Assembly: GCA_022813965.1 (NCBI GenBank)
Contig: JALDZS010000077.1
Location: 1-64,000, forward strand
DNA: 64,000 nt
Source: Toensbergia leucococca
Lineage: Eukaryota
Direction: 5' to 3'
Each line of letters opens with the position of its first letter. Within the stretch, counting starts at the first letter, position 1. Below the pieces are notes generated by a model that was not told where the DNA came from, ran no database searches, and saw nothing but the letters and a program-made list of their open reading frames with translations. The translations under genes were made by a program, and so were the position numbers. Positions 37,265 to 49,090 of the stretch are shown one piece after another.

Positions 37265-38216
37265 CTACCGCTTGCGAACGCCCCCATCCCTTTTCTTCAT
37301 CAATTTTTTGTAATAGGCCTTCTTACCACTCGTTTTAGTAATTTGTACATCATTGTACTTGCTCGTGAACCGGCCCGTAGACTTCTCAGCTGCTAAAATT
37401 TGGTCGACGAACGTATTCTTCCGGTCCCTGTTGAGTAATCTGGAGCTGTAGTATTCGGTCGGACTTTCAACGATGGTGCCGACTTGAGAGAATTCGGGAG
37501 CTAAAACTTTGTTGCTCTCTTTCTTATAATGTCTTTTAGGATCAATAACAGACCGCATTTTGAGAAGCTGTAGGTCACGCTTCAACTCAGGGGTGAGGTT
37601 GGTTCGAGGTAGATCAAACCAGTCAGAGCCTGCCGTAGACTTCGTCTTCTATACCATCTATCATCAGCTGTATCCGTACTGATCATTGTGACTCAACAGC
37701 ATGATTATGGGGTTTCGCCTCAGAGTAACTATGTTGTAAGTGCTCTCATGGTAACAGAACGGTACCCAAAACAGGACCAGGATTTCTGTGTCAAGTGTAA
37801 AATATGAGAATGTTTTCCTCATAGGCAGCAACCAAAGTACTGAAGACAGCAAGTTAGGCAGAAATCCACAAACCTTGGCTAACTTGGCTCCTGCTTTGGT
37901 GGAATATTTCACCAGCCTGGCGTGTCCAGCGAGCTCTCGTTCATGGTTATTCAGGAGTCGTGAGGAATCTGCACGAGCTATCCCTTGACTCAAGGTTATC
38001 AATGGTTGACTGATGATCCCTGGATTCAGCTTGGGTAGTCTAGCGGAGCCTTTAGCAGTGCATGGGGGAATGGGCGATTGTGTAGGAAGACTTTTACCTA
38101 AATGACGAAGTTGCGGGAGATTGCGAGCTCTTGATACGTGCTTCTGCACTTTTGAGTAGCTGCTCTAATTTATCGTCTGTGAGGTCCTCCTCGTTGTTGG
38201 GTATCAAGTCAGCCAT
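37265..38216 (-). CDS. FCF2: rRNA-processing protein Fcf2 (spliced)
   Basis: AGSDWFDLPRTNLTPELKRDLQLLKMRSVIDPKRHYKK..QVGTIVESPTEYYSSRL; ATG 38216. Confidence 0.9.
37717..37826 (-). ncRNA. Intronic box C/D snoRNA, snR63/SNORD46-like (predicted guide for 25S Am2256)
   Basis: Terminal stem gcc(t)/(a)ggc, box C variant ATGAGGA (37822-37816), box D CTGA (37723-37720). Guide CATAGTTACT is complementary to LSU helix-69 AGUAACUAUG. Confidence 0.82.
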
Positions 38217-38933
38217 TGCATCCAGTCACAAATTAAGTCTCTGTCTCTTGGGCATTGTGCATGTCAGGTTTGTTAGCGAATAAGCTAAGCCGCACGTAGT
38301 TAACAGCCTCTTAGGCTGAAACCTGCAAGTCATCGCGGTTGGTCGAGGAGCCTTTGCAGATTATTGCCTCGCTTTTGCCTGCCGTGCCTGCTTGGACTCG
38401 AAGGATCGAACTGCGCTATCGTCGTTATTATTCCCTCTGAGAAAGGTGAAGTACACTCACGTACTACAATGATCGCCTTGTTCACACTATATAGTTGCTT
38501 TGACTCCCCGTTGCTCATTGGCAATACACGGTATCTATCAGCACATCGATATGCCAGCCAATCAATTTGCTTTCTTCCAGCGGGAACTTAATTGATCTAC
38601 CCTGGGAGTGATACGCCGAGCCCGCTCGAGCATCAAGCTCTTCCAGCATCAACCCATTCAATCGAGCCCATTGAGCTGCAATAAGTCTACAGTGAATTCT
38701 TGAATGTTGAATCAAATATCCACCAATTGCTCTTTTGGATCACCTTACCATACAAGCTCGGCCCAAGACTCACATACCCGCAGTGTTTATCGACGTAGAG
38801 AGTTCCCCACCACAGGCACTTTCTGCTAGCAGAACGATCCAACCTCGTCGCGCTGCAGTAAAACACTGCTGTGTTTGTGCTTACCGCATCCAGCAGTACC
38901 GTTGCCTGGGAGAACAAACAAACGGAATCAACC

Positions 38934-40273
38934 ATGGATCAAAACCCATCAGCCTTACAGCAGCAGCAACAACAACGCCAGCAGCCGGTATATGATCCTA
39001 ACAATGGAGGACACTACGGTATGCTGCCTTTCAAATATTTTGATGTCTCACTATAAGTATCAGCGTCTGACTTGCCTGGTGTCGAAACGCGCGCTTTCAA
39101 TTCAAGCTGACTCGCTGACGTATCACAGGTGCAAGCGCTGCGGTACGTGAATCGAGATCTTCCTTGTGGCCCTGCCTACAATATTGATCTCTGCGAAGGC
39201 GAGGACTGACGACTCTGATAGCTTTCGGCCCAAGGCTTCGCCCCGGTACCCGAATTATATCAAGGGACATGGGCTAATGTAAATAACCCTGGCCTAAATT
39301 ATCAAATGTACTCAGAAACACCAGAACTCATGAAGCGCAGGTCAATCAAGGCCTGCATGGCAATTATCGCGATATTCTTACTACCTACTGGCAACAGACA
39401 ATCAACCACCTTGAAAATGAGACCCATGACTACAAAATACACCAACTACCTTTAGCCCGAATAAAGAAGGTCATGAAGGCCGATCCAGAAGTAAAAATGA
39501 TATCCGCCGAAGCACCAATACTCTTCGCTAAGGGTTGCGACATTTTCATTACAGAACTGACAATGCGTGCATGGATCCACGCCGAAGAAAACAAGCGGCG
39601 GACATTGCAGCGTTCCGACATAGCTTCGGCACTAGCTAAATCGGACATGTTCGACTTTCTGATTGACATAGTCCCTCGAGAAGAAGCTTCCAGTCACGCT
39701 AAGCGAGCGGGAGGGCAAGGAAGCGCTGCACCAGGGGGATCTCAAGTGCCACCGCCTTCAAGCGGGCAACTACTACCTCCTCAGGGCAACGTTCAACAGC
39801 AGCCAGCGTCTAGCCACCAGCAGCAGGCGCCCCATCACATGGGGCCTCATGACTATTCTTCTCTTGGAAACAACCCCATGTCACAGGAGCAAGAATACAG
39901 ACCGCAACCATCGAGCATGTATGCTCCACAGGTGCCGTCCGATCCAACGAATGCATACGGCCCACCACAACAGCAAATATTCGAGGGAATGTATGGTTAT
40001 CCATCCATGCCGCCGCAGCAGGTACGTTGGACTGTGCTCAAATCCACCCGATTGTCGTTCGCCTCTCCGGATTTGTTGGTATTGGTTACGTGACGGTGGT
40101 GTAACCCTTTACTTAAGTAGGAGCTAATATCTGCTTTGGCGTAGATGTACCAAGTCAGTCAGCGGGGCCAAGATCCATCAGGGGGCCAAGATCCAGGTCA
40201 TCATTACCAAAGACATGATGGTGGTGAGGGAGACGCAGACGCAGAAGGCGAACGTGATTACGAAGTTGGTTAA
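38934..40273 (+). CDS. HAP5: CCAAT-binding complex subunit NF-YC (HapE/Hap5), spliced, with a 14-nt micro-exon (39129-39142)
   Basis: [62 protein letters not shown] histone fold. Confidence 0.95.
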
Positions 40274-40769
40274 TAGGATAGTAACCCTATTGTTAAGATA
40301 TACCTGCCTTTCCTGTCCATAGATTCTTCGTTGGACGACTGCCTTCGCGTTGAAAGTTGCAGTTCAAATGCAGGACAGTACCTGAAACTTTTTAATACTT
40401 ACTGAAAGTTATGTCCAAAATGCCTTAGATATGGCCAATGTTTGGACTGCATTGAAGTCCATCTTGCATGTGCGTGTACTGAAAAACCTGCACCTCTCCA
40501 AACCTTCAAGTCCGATAGTCTTCTATTTCTATAATTCGATGCAACTTGGGGTCTGGCCATTTAAGTTTGACGGCCCATCAATTAGGTCTGATATGCTGTA
40601 TCGTTGGGGAGCGACTTATAGGCCATCAATTGTGCTTAAAGTTCTTGACCATTGAATCCACTTCTTTGACTCACACTAGAGCCTTGCCTATCGGACAATT
40701 CTATCGGAGAGTGCCATACAAATACTGCACCGTTCCGGAAGTTGCAATGCTTTCTCTTCGATGATCTAT

Positions 40770-43616
40770 TCATGACTTAATTCCGAATCTAGAAGACAGC
40801 GCTGTAAATTTATCCGTTTTGGCAGGGCTTTGAATTGAGTAAGTGAGCCTGCATGATGGTCAATTAGTGCGTACGAATTCAGTCCAAGAATTGTTAAAAC
40901 AGAAGATTGTATACTTTTCCAATAATAGGGGCCCGTTCATAGCATCGACCCGTCCGTACTTCTTGTTTCTTGTTGCAATATCGTAAAATTCGTCTGAGTT
41001 TTCGGCTTGCATCAGTGCAATTGTTTCCTGCAACTCGTCCAGGTTTTTTCGGAGTATAGGATTTCCCAGTGTATCTACAAACTCTGTGAGATATCGAACG
41101 TCCTTTGCAAGTGCCGCAACACCGTTCGGGTTTATTCGTTTCACTTCTGGAGACAAAGGGAGGGACTGTAGAACAGATCATCAATATGCTCTTGTTGAAG
41201 ATATATCAAAGTCGAAAGAAGCCTACAAGAATCATAGTCGCGGCGTGGCTAAGAGCATCGAAATAAATCAGTTCCTTGATCTCTGTGGGGAGACCCAGTA
41301 GCACGGAGTTCATGATATTTGACAGATATGTGGTTAATGTCTGCATATAGTTGCTAGGTTCAGTCACTAGGGTTGGGGATATCCTGTAGCAAAAACCGTC
41401 AGTCGCCACTGGATAGCTCTTGGTGAAGCCACATAGGAGTGATCCATAAAGCGTGATAGCTGTCTAACCTACCAATCGTACTCTGCTGTCTCGACGAGGT
41501 CATCAATCTTGGAATTGACAAGCTCGAATATACGTTTCTCCGCAGTCTTCTTATTGCTACGGAACTCTTCGGTTGCATTGAGAGTGACATTGTCACCAGC
41601 TGAGGAGGCGGATCTGGCATCAACGAGCAGCTGCTCAAGCTCTTGGCATGCAAATTCGAAGTGCTCTAGATTAATAAGAATCTGTACAATTTGACCGAGG
41701 TATTGCGAGCTGAGCCGTTCTACCAGAGATCGACAGACTTTCGCTGAGAGTAGCTCATCGAGGGACTTTTGCGGGTGTCAGTCATTTTCGGAAATGTCAA
41801 GATGACCAAATCAGCCTCTTCCTTACGTTTTTGAGTGTGTCATCGATGACCCTGGGATGCTGGAAATGATCATCCGCGAAGAAGTAGAATTGGTTCAAGA
41901 AATTTCGGATGTCGATACAACATAACGGATACATTTGAGAAAAAGGCAGGACACAGGGAAATCTGAATTACATTAGCTTCATGGGAATAAGGCCTCGGGA
42001 CATCTCAAAGTCCTACCTCAGCTCCTCACGAGACTTCTCTGAAGTATACCAGCTAACGTTGACAACCTTATCGTACTCATCTAACTTGTTGATGGGCATC
42101 GGCATGTAGTCGTCGGTCGAAACAATCTACTCAGAGATGTTAGTCGGTGTTTTTGCCTTCGATGAAGGAGAAGAACGCACCTCTTGAAAATCATCACTGA
42201 ATCGTCTCTTAAGTAACTCGGCGTATTTCTCGAACAAGGTCAACAGAAAGGAATCGAGAGCGGTAATAGGATAATTCCACGACTGCCGAGATCAGCACGT
42301 CTATACAGAAACGAGAGTGGTCGTTGCTGACATCCGTAGTCTGAATAAAAATGGCAACAACACCCTTGATCTTGAGTAGTAGCTCAGCATTGTCGACTTC
42401 ATGCAAAGCTTTGGAAATCAAGCTAATGGCCGATTGGCACATTGACTCCCACAGTTCGTCGACCTAGAAAGTTTAGTTCATGTCTTCTAACAAAGCGCCA
42501 TCTCGTCACTAACCTCTGTTGCAGAGCGCAATTTTGGCGCTTTCTTCATTGTCGCTTTTTCGATGATTGCGAAACCAGCAATTCCTTCAAGCAGTTCACT
42601 TAGGCTCGATCCTTCCGAATCAATCAAAGTAATAGACGATGGGATTAGAAGATCTTTTTGCTGCTTTCGAGTGGTAGCATAGTCTGCTCTGAATTTATCA
42701 GTCTGGCCTAGAGCTTCGTGTATATGTATGCATTCGAATAATGGTGTGAAATCGACTTGCACATTTTCATTGTCTAGGATGTCAAATTCCTCGTTCTCGT
42801 CAGAAACCAGTTCAATAGCAGAATTCAGCTTGAAATTATTCAAGTAGGCAAAATTATCAGCTCTGTCCTTCTGCCTTGTCCTCCTCTGCTCTGTGTGATA
42901 GAAAGCTACCTCGCCCAAAAACTGGGAGGTTTCCCTGATTCTAAATAGCCACGTATTCAGGTCTGCCATCACGGCCTCGGCTATGAGCTTCTTGGTTGCC
43001 GGTACGGATTTCTGAATCATCTCAGCAATTTTATACTGGGTGATCTCTTTGAGGTGGACGTTTTGGAGCTCATCAAGAGCTCTCAAGGCTGCATAATGGC
43101 TCTTCTTCCCCAGGAGATCGTGGACTTGATTGGCTAAACGAAGTACTTCCAGGCAATCCCGAAGAGCCTGGCTCGCTTCATCAGTATTTTGTCGGACTCC
43201 TCGAGACTCAACAAGTGACTTCTTTTGCTCCGCTAGCTTCTCGGTACTGGACTGAATTGACCGGTTGAGACTGAGAATTTCCGAAGTCAAATTAACAGTG
43301 CCTTCGCGCGCTCGAAGAAGCTGGTTGACTGATGTCACGAAGTTCTGGTGGTTTGTGTTACACATTCTTTCGATCTCGGTCTCTTTATCCATGTAGTACT
43401 GTGAGAGGGACTGCAAAAGCTGGTATCCTTGCCCTCCTTGGCTAGCAACTTTGATTGCTGGAATGAGTTGGTCAAAGTACTCGTGATCAGATGAAGGGAG
43501 TACTATCTGCCGTAAGGTATGATCAACAAAGGCACCAATCTAAGCGTAAGAAGCTGACTTGTTACCTGCTGTACAGCGTACTCGACTTCTCTCTGAGCGT
43601 CCAAAATAGACGGCAT
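40770..43616 (-). CDS. SEC15: Exocyst complex component Sec15 (spliced)
   Basis: EIERMCNTNHQNFVTSVNQLL, HYAALRALDELQNVHL, VDFTPLFECIHIH, LPFSQMYPLCCIDIRNF, QIVQILINLEHFE, PSNYMQTL, YFDALSHAA. Confidence 0.93.
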
Positions 43617-44615
43617 CTCAATATCTGCAACGGAATGGATGGTGCCGTTCAGGCAGAAGAAGCCCTACTACGAAAGATTACGACAAATCTTGGATTTAAG
43701 AGCACAGGTTTAGAAAGTGTCAGTCATGAGTTCTGCCGTGAAGAGAGTGATGTAAGAAGGCCAATCGAGACAGCTAGCTATTTTATATCTTATTATGTTT
43801 TGTGTACAGAGTAACTGTTGGCGAGGTTCGGCCTATTAAAGGCTCGAGGCTCGCTAGAATAGTTCTACTAAACTTTACCCTCGTCTAAATACCTAACGTC
43901 CACTCCATGCTCTCCATCATAAACCTCACCAGCATGCATCATCAGAGCTCGTACAAGACATACAGATTAATTGTTCTCGAGCCGGTATGTTTGTGCCCCT
44001 TGTCGCCTCCACACCACTCGTCTAAAACACGCATAGTCTAGTCCACTTAATTCTGATACGGAGCTGCCAAACCTCTGAAGAATTTAGATGTGGTGAATCT
44101 TGACTTTGTTGAGCATCTTAGCACCCTTACTGAATGGATATTATTTCACTCCATTAGTGATGAAGATGATGAAGCATACCTATTTTAGAGTCCCTCTTTC
44201 CGCTAGAATTTCCATTCTTCCCGTTTTGATTCATCTGTTTTGGAAACTAAGGCAAATTTGTGGCCCCTCGTCTTCGATTACCAATGGCCGGGATTCTTTT
44301 TCTTAGCAGTCTACTATTGCCCGATTGGGTAGTCACAAATGGCACAAGTGGGATGACCTTACATTACCTACCTTAAAGTGGCCACCTACTTACCTAGCAC
44401 TTGAAATAAGGTAGGGTAAGGTAGCTTTGAACTGCCGACCATCTTCCTTTCCAATCGTCACAGCCATAGACAGCATGGAGTCTCTTTAAATGTACCAGTC
44501 CACAACGCCTCTCTAAGATACGCTCGTTGTCTGTTACCGCACATTCTAGTCTCTGCTCCTACATTTTGCTATCAAGGCCTACATTCCGCAATTTTTGCTT
44601 CAGTCAGCCTACGCA

Positions 44616-47600
44616 ATGTCAGGCCGCCAGTGTCATGCAACTGGACCGGTAATAGTCCCTAATCTTCACTGCGGCTTCTCTAGTAGCCCTGAATCGTCAG
44701 GAGAGATCGAGTCTCGTTGTGATACCCCAGAAACCAAGCTTAGTACCTTCTCTCCGGAGCATCGTCGGGCTGAGCAGAAGCTTAGTGCATACAACATGAA
44801 GTCTAGCCTTCCGCCAACCTTCCATCTCAGTCATCCGCAGGCAAAGACCAGTCCGAAGGGGAAAGCAAGTGACTCCAAGACACATGGCTCCCATGACCCA
44901 TTTGTCATTACGTCGACTTACAGTCGAATCTTCAATGACCAGCCCAAGCTTTCTCCTACTGCCTCTAGTTTCACACCCCAGAACCTGATAGGGTCCGCCA
45001 TCAGTACTGGCACTTCCCACCCTCCGAATTTTGCTAACTTCACCTCCAATTCAACCACTGGCTCGCTTGGTGTCGGTTATCTTGCAGCTAATTCGGTGCC
45101 TGATATTTCCTCGAGCGACCCCCAGCTTAAGAATTATCTTTTGTCTCTTGCGGGTGGACCCATGATGTCCCCAATCAGCCCTGGATCCTTTTCATCTTCT
45201 GACGGCTCAGTCACCACTGCGGCGTCCTCGAAGGTGGGACAATTCTCGTCTGACGACGATACTTCGAGGTCCCTCATGATTAGTAAAGTAGATCGGAAAA
45301 CCTCTATCAAGGAACTCGATGATTTCTTTAATGTACGTACGAGATGCAATGTACTGGCTCCGAAGTACTAATCAAGGCTAGGTGTATCTATTCTCTTCTC
45401 TAAAGCATGTCGTTTTAGTAGACTTGGCTACTACTGGAATCATCTACTTATACTTTGCCGATATTCGCGATGCAAACAAGGCGCACTCCAAGGTGCAGAA
45501 TATTCACAGGGACTGGAGTGTTCAATATATTGCAATTACACAACTCGCTAAGAAACGGATGCCTGAAAGCATGGATTTCCCACCAGTATCAGTATACGAG
45601 GGTCAGGTCATGGTCAAGGCGGAATTTTTTGGCCCACGCCAGCGCTTCGATACCGGGAGTATCGGCCATCTCATCAAAGAGATGCTGGAGAACTACGGTG
45701 ATATCATGGCATATAATGTGAGCCTGGCAGAGTCTCAGACTGTTGCTGTTAGGGCTGAGTACTATGACACCGCTGCCGCTGACAGCGCGTTGGCTTATTT
45801 GAACGGGTTTAAGATTGGGGTGCGTTATAATTCCGTCCTCATTAGCCGCCGTCAGCTAATTGAGGGAGGGCTGTACTCTTAGCATTGTGTACTACAAGCC
45901 GGATCTCGAATCTACTCTTCGTCAACAAGTGAGAGCACAAGGACCCATGATCGTCGGTCATGACGACACTGGACTAAACGGTCCGTTCGGCCTCATGAGC
46001 CTGTCCAGCTCCAATGACCTCTGCGGCCTTGATCAAGACCATTCTAAGTCGGCCTTTACTTCGTCTTACTCTCATGTCAGTCCGGTTGGCGGGCCAATGT
46101 CTTATCGTGGAGAGCTTTTCGACCACCAAGCACCATACTCTCATAGCAATTTCACAGGCTACAATGGCCGACAGGACCCACATTGGGCCCCCTGCTACGG
46201 CCCCTACCCAGCTTGCGGTATACAATCTCCTCCCTGGTCACTATACGGCCCAGGTGCTATTGGTCAAGAGCGTACTACACCTTCCCTTCCACAGCATCGC
46301 GCTGCTCCTTACCCCCATCAAGAGAGGGCCCCAGGGAAGATGAGTGGACGCCAACACCACGACTATGCTTCAGGGCACCACAATGTTGTTGACGTCGAGC
46401 GTATCCGTCAGGGGACGGACGTGCGCACAACGGTCAGTTCATCCCTACTCTAACATGTATAGACTGCTAACTTCGGCATAGATTATGCTCCGTAACATTC
46501 CAAATAAGATTGACCAAGTAAGCTTCTTTTCCTACCCAAAGTTCGACCGTCAAGCTTACCGAACCTTGAGGCTATGTTGAAAGACATTGTCGACGAGACG
46601 AGCCGCGGTAAATACGACTTCATGTACCTTCGCATTGGTATGTGGTGTCTTTGGTAAGTATCTTCAATTTGCTAACTTTTGCCTAACAGATTTTGCCAAT
46701 AATTGCAAGTAAGTCTTTCGTGCATTGTTGAAAGGAATAGTCTGTCATTGGTCATTCTAACATTAACAGCGTTGGCTACGCTTTCATCAATTTCGAAGAT
46801 GTGAGTCAACGATTGTATGACATGGATCTCCACAATATGCTAATGATCAATAGCCCTACTTTATTACAGATGTCCGTAGTCAGCAAATCATCATTCAGTA
46901 CCCATAAGCTAATGGACACTTCATTAGTTCGTGAACGCTAGAGCAGGGCATCGCTGGTCAGCAAGGTATCCAAAGTACATAAACTTAATTTTCGTGCTGA
47001 AAAGATCTTAGGAATCGTTATAACAGCGACAAGGTAGCAGAAGTGTCTTATGCTAGTACGGGTCCTATGATTGGAATGTAGTCATTTCCTGACTCCTGTG
47101 TGCAGCTATTCAGGGTAGAGACTGTCTCGTCCAGAAGTTTCGCAATAGCTCAGTAATGCTGGAACATCCGTCTTTCCGTCCAAAGGTATTACAAGCACAC
47201 TCAAGCCGCGGTTTGACCCAATCGCTAATAAATCAGATTTTCCACACTGGCAGTGGCGCACTGTCTGGCACGGAGGATCAATTTCCGGGGCCAGATAACC
47301 CTTCAAAGATGCGTCGAAGCGTTGAGAATGCCGAGCATGTTGGTCTGTAGTTATTCCGCATTTCCCAAATCCACTGGGAATTTCTTGTTAAGAGTCCACA
47401 TAGGCCTCTTTGCTCCTCGCGCTGGTCAGAATTTCCGCGATGAGCAGCGTCGCCGCCGATCTCAATACGATCGCGGTACTCGTTTGGCGGAGATCGAAGA
47501 CGCTTATGATTTTGACCATGAGGACCGAAATGGCACGAATTACTTCCTTCCAGGAAGTTCGTACGGAAAATATCGAGGAATTTACAGTATGGGTTATTAG
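44616..47600 (+). CDS. mei2: Mei2-like RRM RNA-binding protein (spliced, many short exons)
   Basis: DVRTTIMLRNIPNKIDQAML..GKYDFMYLRIDFANNCNVGYAFINF..WNRYNSDKVAEVSYATIQGRDCLVQKFRNSSVM (Mei2 C-terminal RRM). Start codon less certain. Confidence 0.9.
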
Positions 47601-48222
47601 CACAAGCAGCCTGGATCTTCCTTTGTTTTGCAAGAATATGGCCTCGAATCGAAAAAGCACGACCACGCGAGCCTCGGACCTTCAAGCGTATCTTTTCTAT
47701 GGCTTTTTCTGGGACGGACGAACTTTTTGTACGCAGCCAATGACACCCGGGTTCTCTAGTGGCCGAAAATCTACCCCTTCGGAGTGGCGCTTTGGTGTTG
47801 GAGGGAAGTGGTAGGGGAAATCTCATTTGTATACTAGGTCGGCTTGGAGGGCTATTTAACGACTGCTCAGCCGTACGAGCGTTCATCGACCGATTTCAAT
47901 GTCCTGTGCTGCACCGCAGTTTGCTCCGACCCAACTATCATGTGCAGTGTGAAGCTCCAGGAGAGAGCTCCTTTTTGCTTATGTGGCTTAGATGGCTGTA
48001 CGATTACATGCTCAATAATAGATAGAAAGGCTACCATAGAATTGAATCTGCAGGGGCTTTAATTACATTGCAATCACAAAGTAAAGCACGGTGCCTTTCG
48101 GTTACGAGTACAAGTTTTAGAGTACCTATTCCTTCGAAAGAATTCTATCACCTACTACCCATGCTCTACGCCCACGATTCTTCGAGTTCGACCTAAAAAT
48201 CAGATCAGGTTGCAAGCCTAAG

Positions 48223-48954
48223 ATGGAAGCGCAAGTCATGAAACTTGTCAAAAGCAGGATGGTCATCAACCTGATATATCTCCGGAATAAGAATCAACAT
48301 CGTGTGACTCAATGGTGGAGGTGGCTGTCCCTGTTGAAGCGGTGCATTGGCAAGCTCGTTCGAGAACTCCAAGACTTGAACCTAACTCGAGCTAATGCAA
48401 GGACGACGTACATGGCTGACCTGCTGGTCCCGCAATGCTACATGTAGGCGCATTGGCAGCTGGCAATCTTTCAATTTGGCTGGATGAAGTCGAGCTAATG
48501 TGTGTGCAGATCGTTTTCGCAGGTTGTCCACGACAACCAATTCTCAGCTCTTGGCCTCGTGCTTGTAGCAGAGCTAGCCAGGATTCAATGGAGCATTGAT
48601 ATCCTCAGCGGATGTCGAGAATCGCCCGTTGTTCCATTGCGAAACACTGGTAGTGTTAAATCTGTGACTCTAATCCCTCCTGCTGAGGACATTGGTGAAG
48701 CGCTTTCTCGAAACTCCCAGGACCTCGATATAAGTTTGGATCCGCCATGGGAGGCTCCCTTGGCGAGCGGGGATGCTACTTCCACAGGGCTAGAAACAGC
48801 GGAGGCCTACTATCGTGAGGTGAAAGTTTCAAACATCGATGCTGAAGGAGCGGTTAAAAAGCCTACCATAGAAGCCATACAACAAAGGCCATGCAGGAGC
48901 AAGAAGAGGAAAAGGACCAACGCGATTGATGAGCTGTTCCATGGAATGGAATAG
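48223..48954 (+). CDS. RMP1: RNase MRP protein subunit Rmp1-like (one intron)
   Basis: LIYLRNKNQHRVTQWWRWL, VPQCY, FSQVVHDNQFSALGLVL, basic C-terminus KKRKRTNAIDELF. Confidence 0.78.
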
Positions 48955-49090
48955 TCTACTTCACGGAACTCACAAGCTGTGGAATTCTACATCTGCCGTG
49001 CACAGGGCAGGATTTGAAGCACGGCATAGGAATACTGGCCAGAACCAGTGTGACTCGAAAAGTCGGGCAATGTCATGCAAAAAGGCCTAT

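Noticed and set aside
44360..44425. TACC/GGTA repeats as a specific regulatory system
   Set aside because: Similar low-complexity motifs occur in several spacers (52149, 56333, 63905); nothing specific can be supported.
47278..47886. 202-aa minus-strand ORF and similar antisense ORFs over genes
   Set aside because: They overlap well-supported genes on the other strand or frame and show no recognisable motifs.
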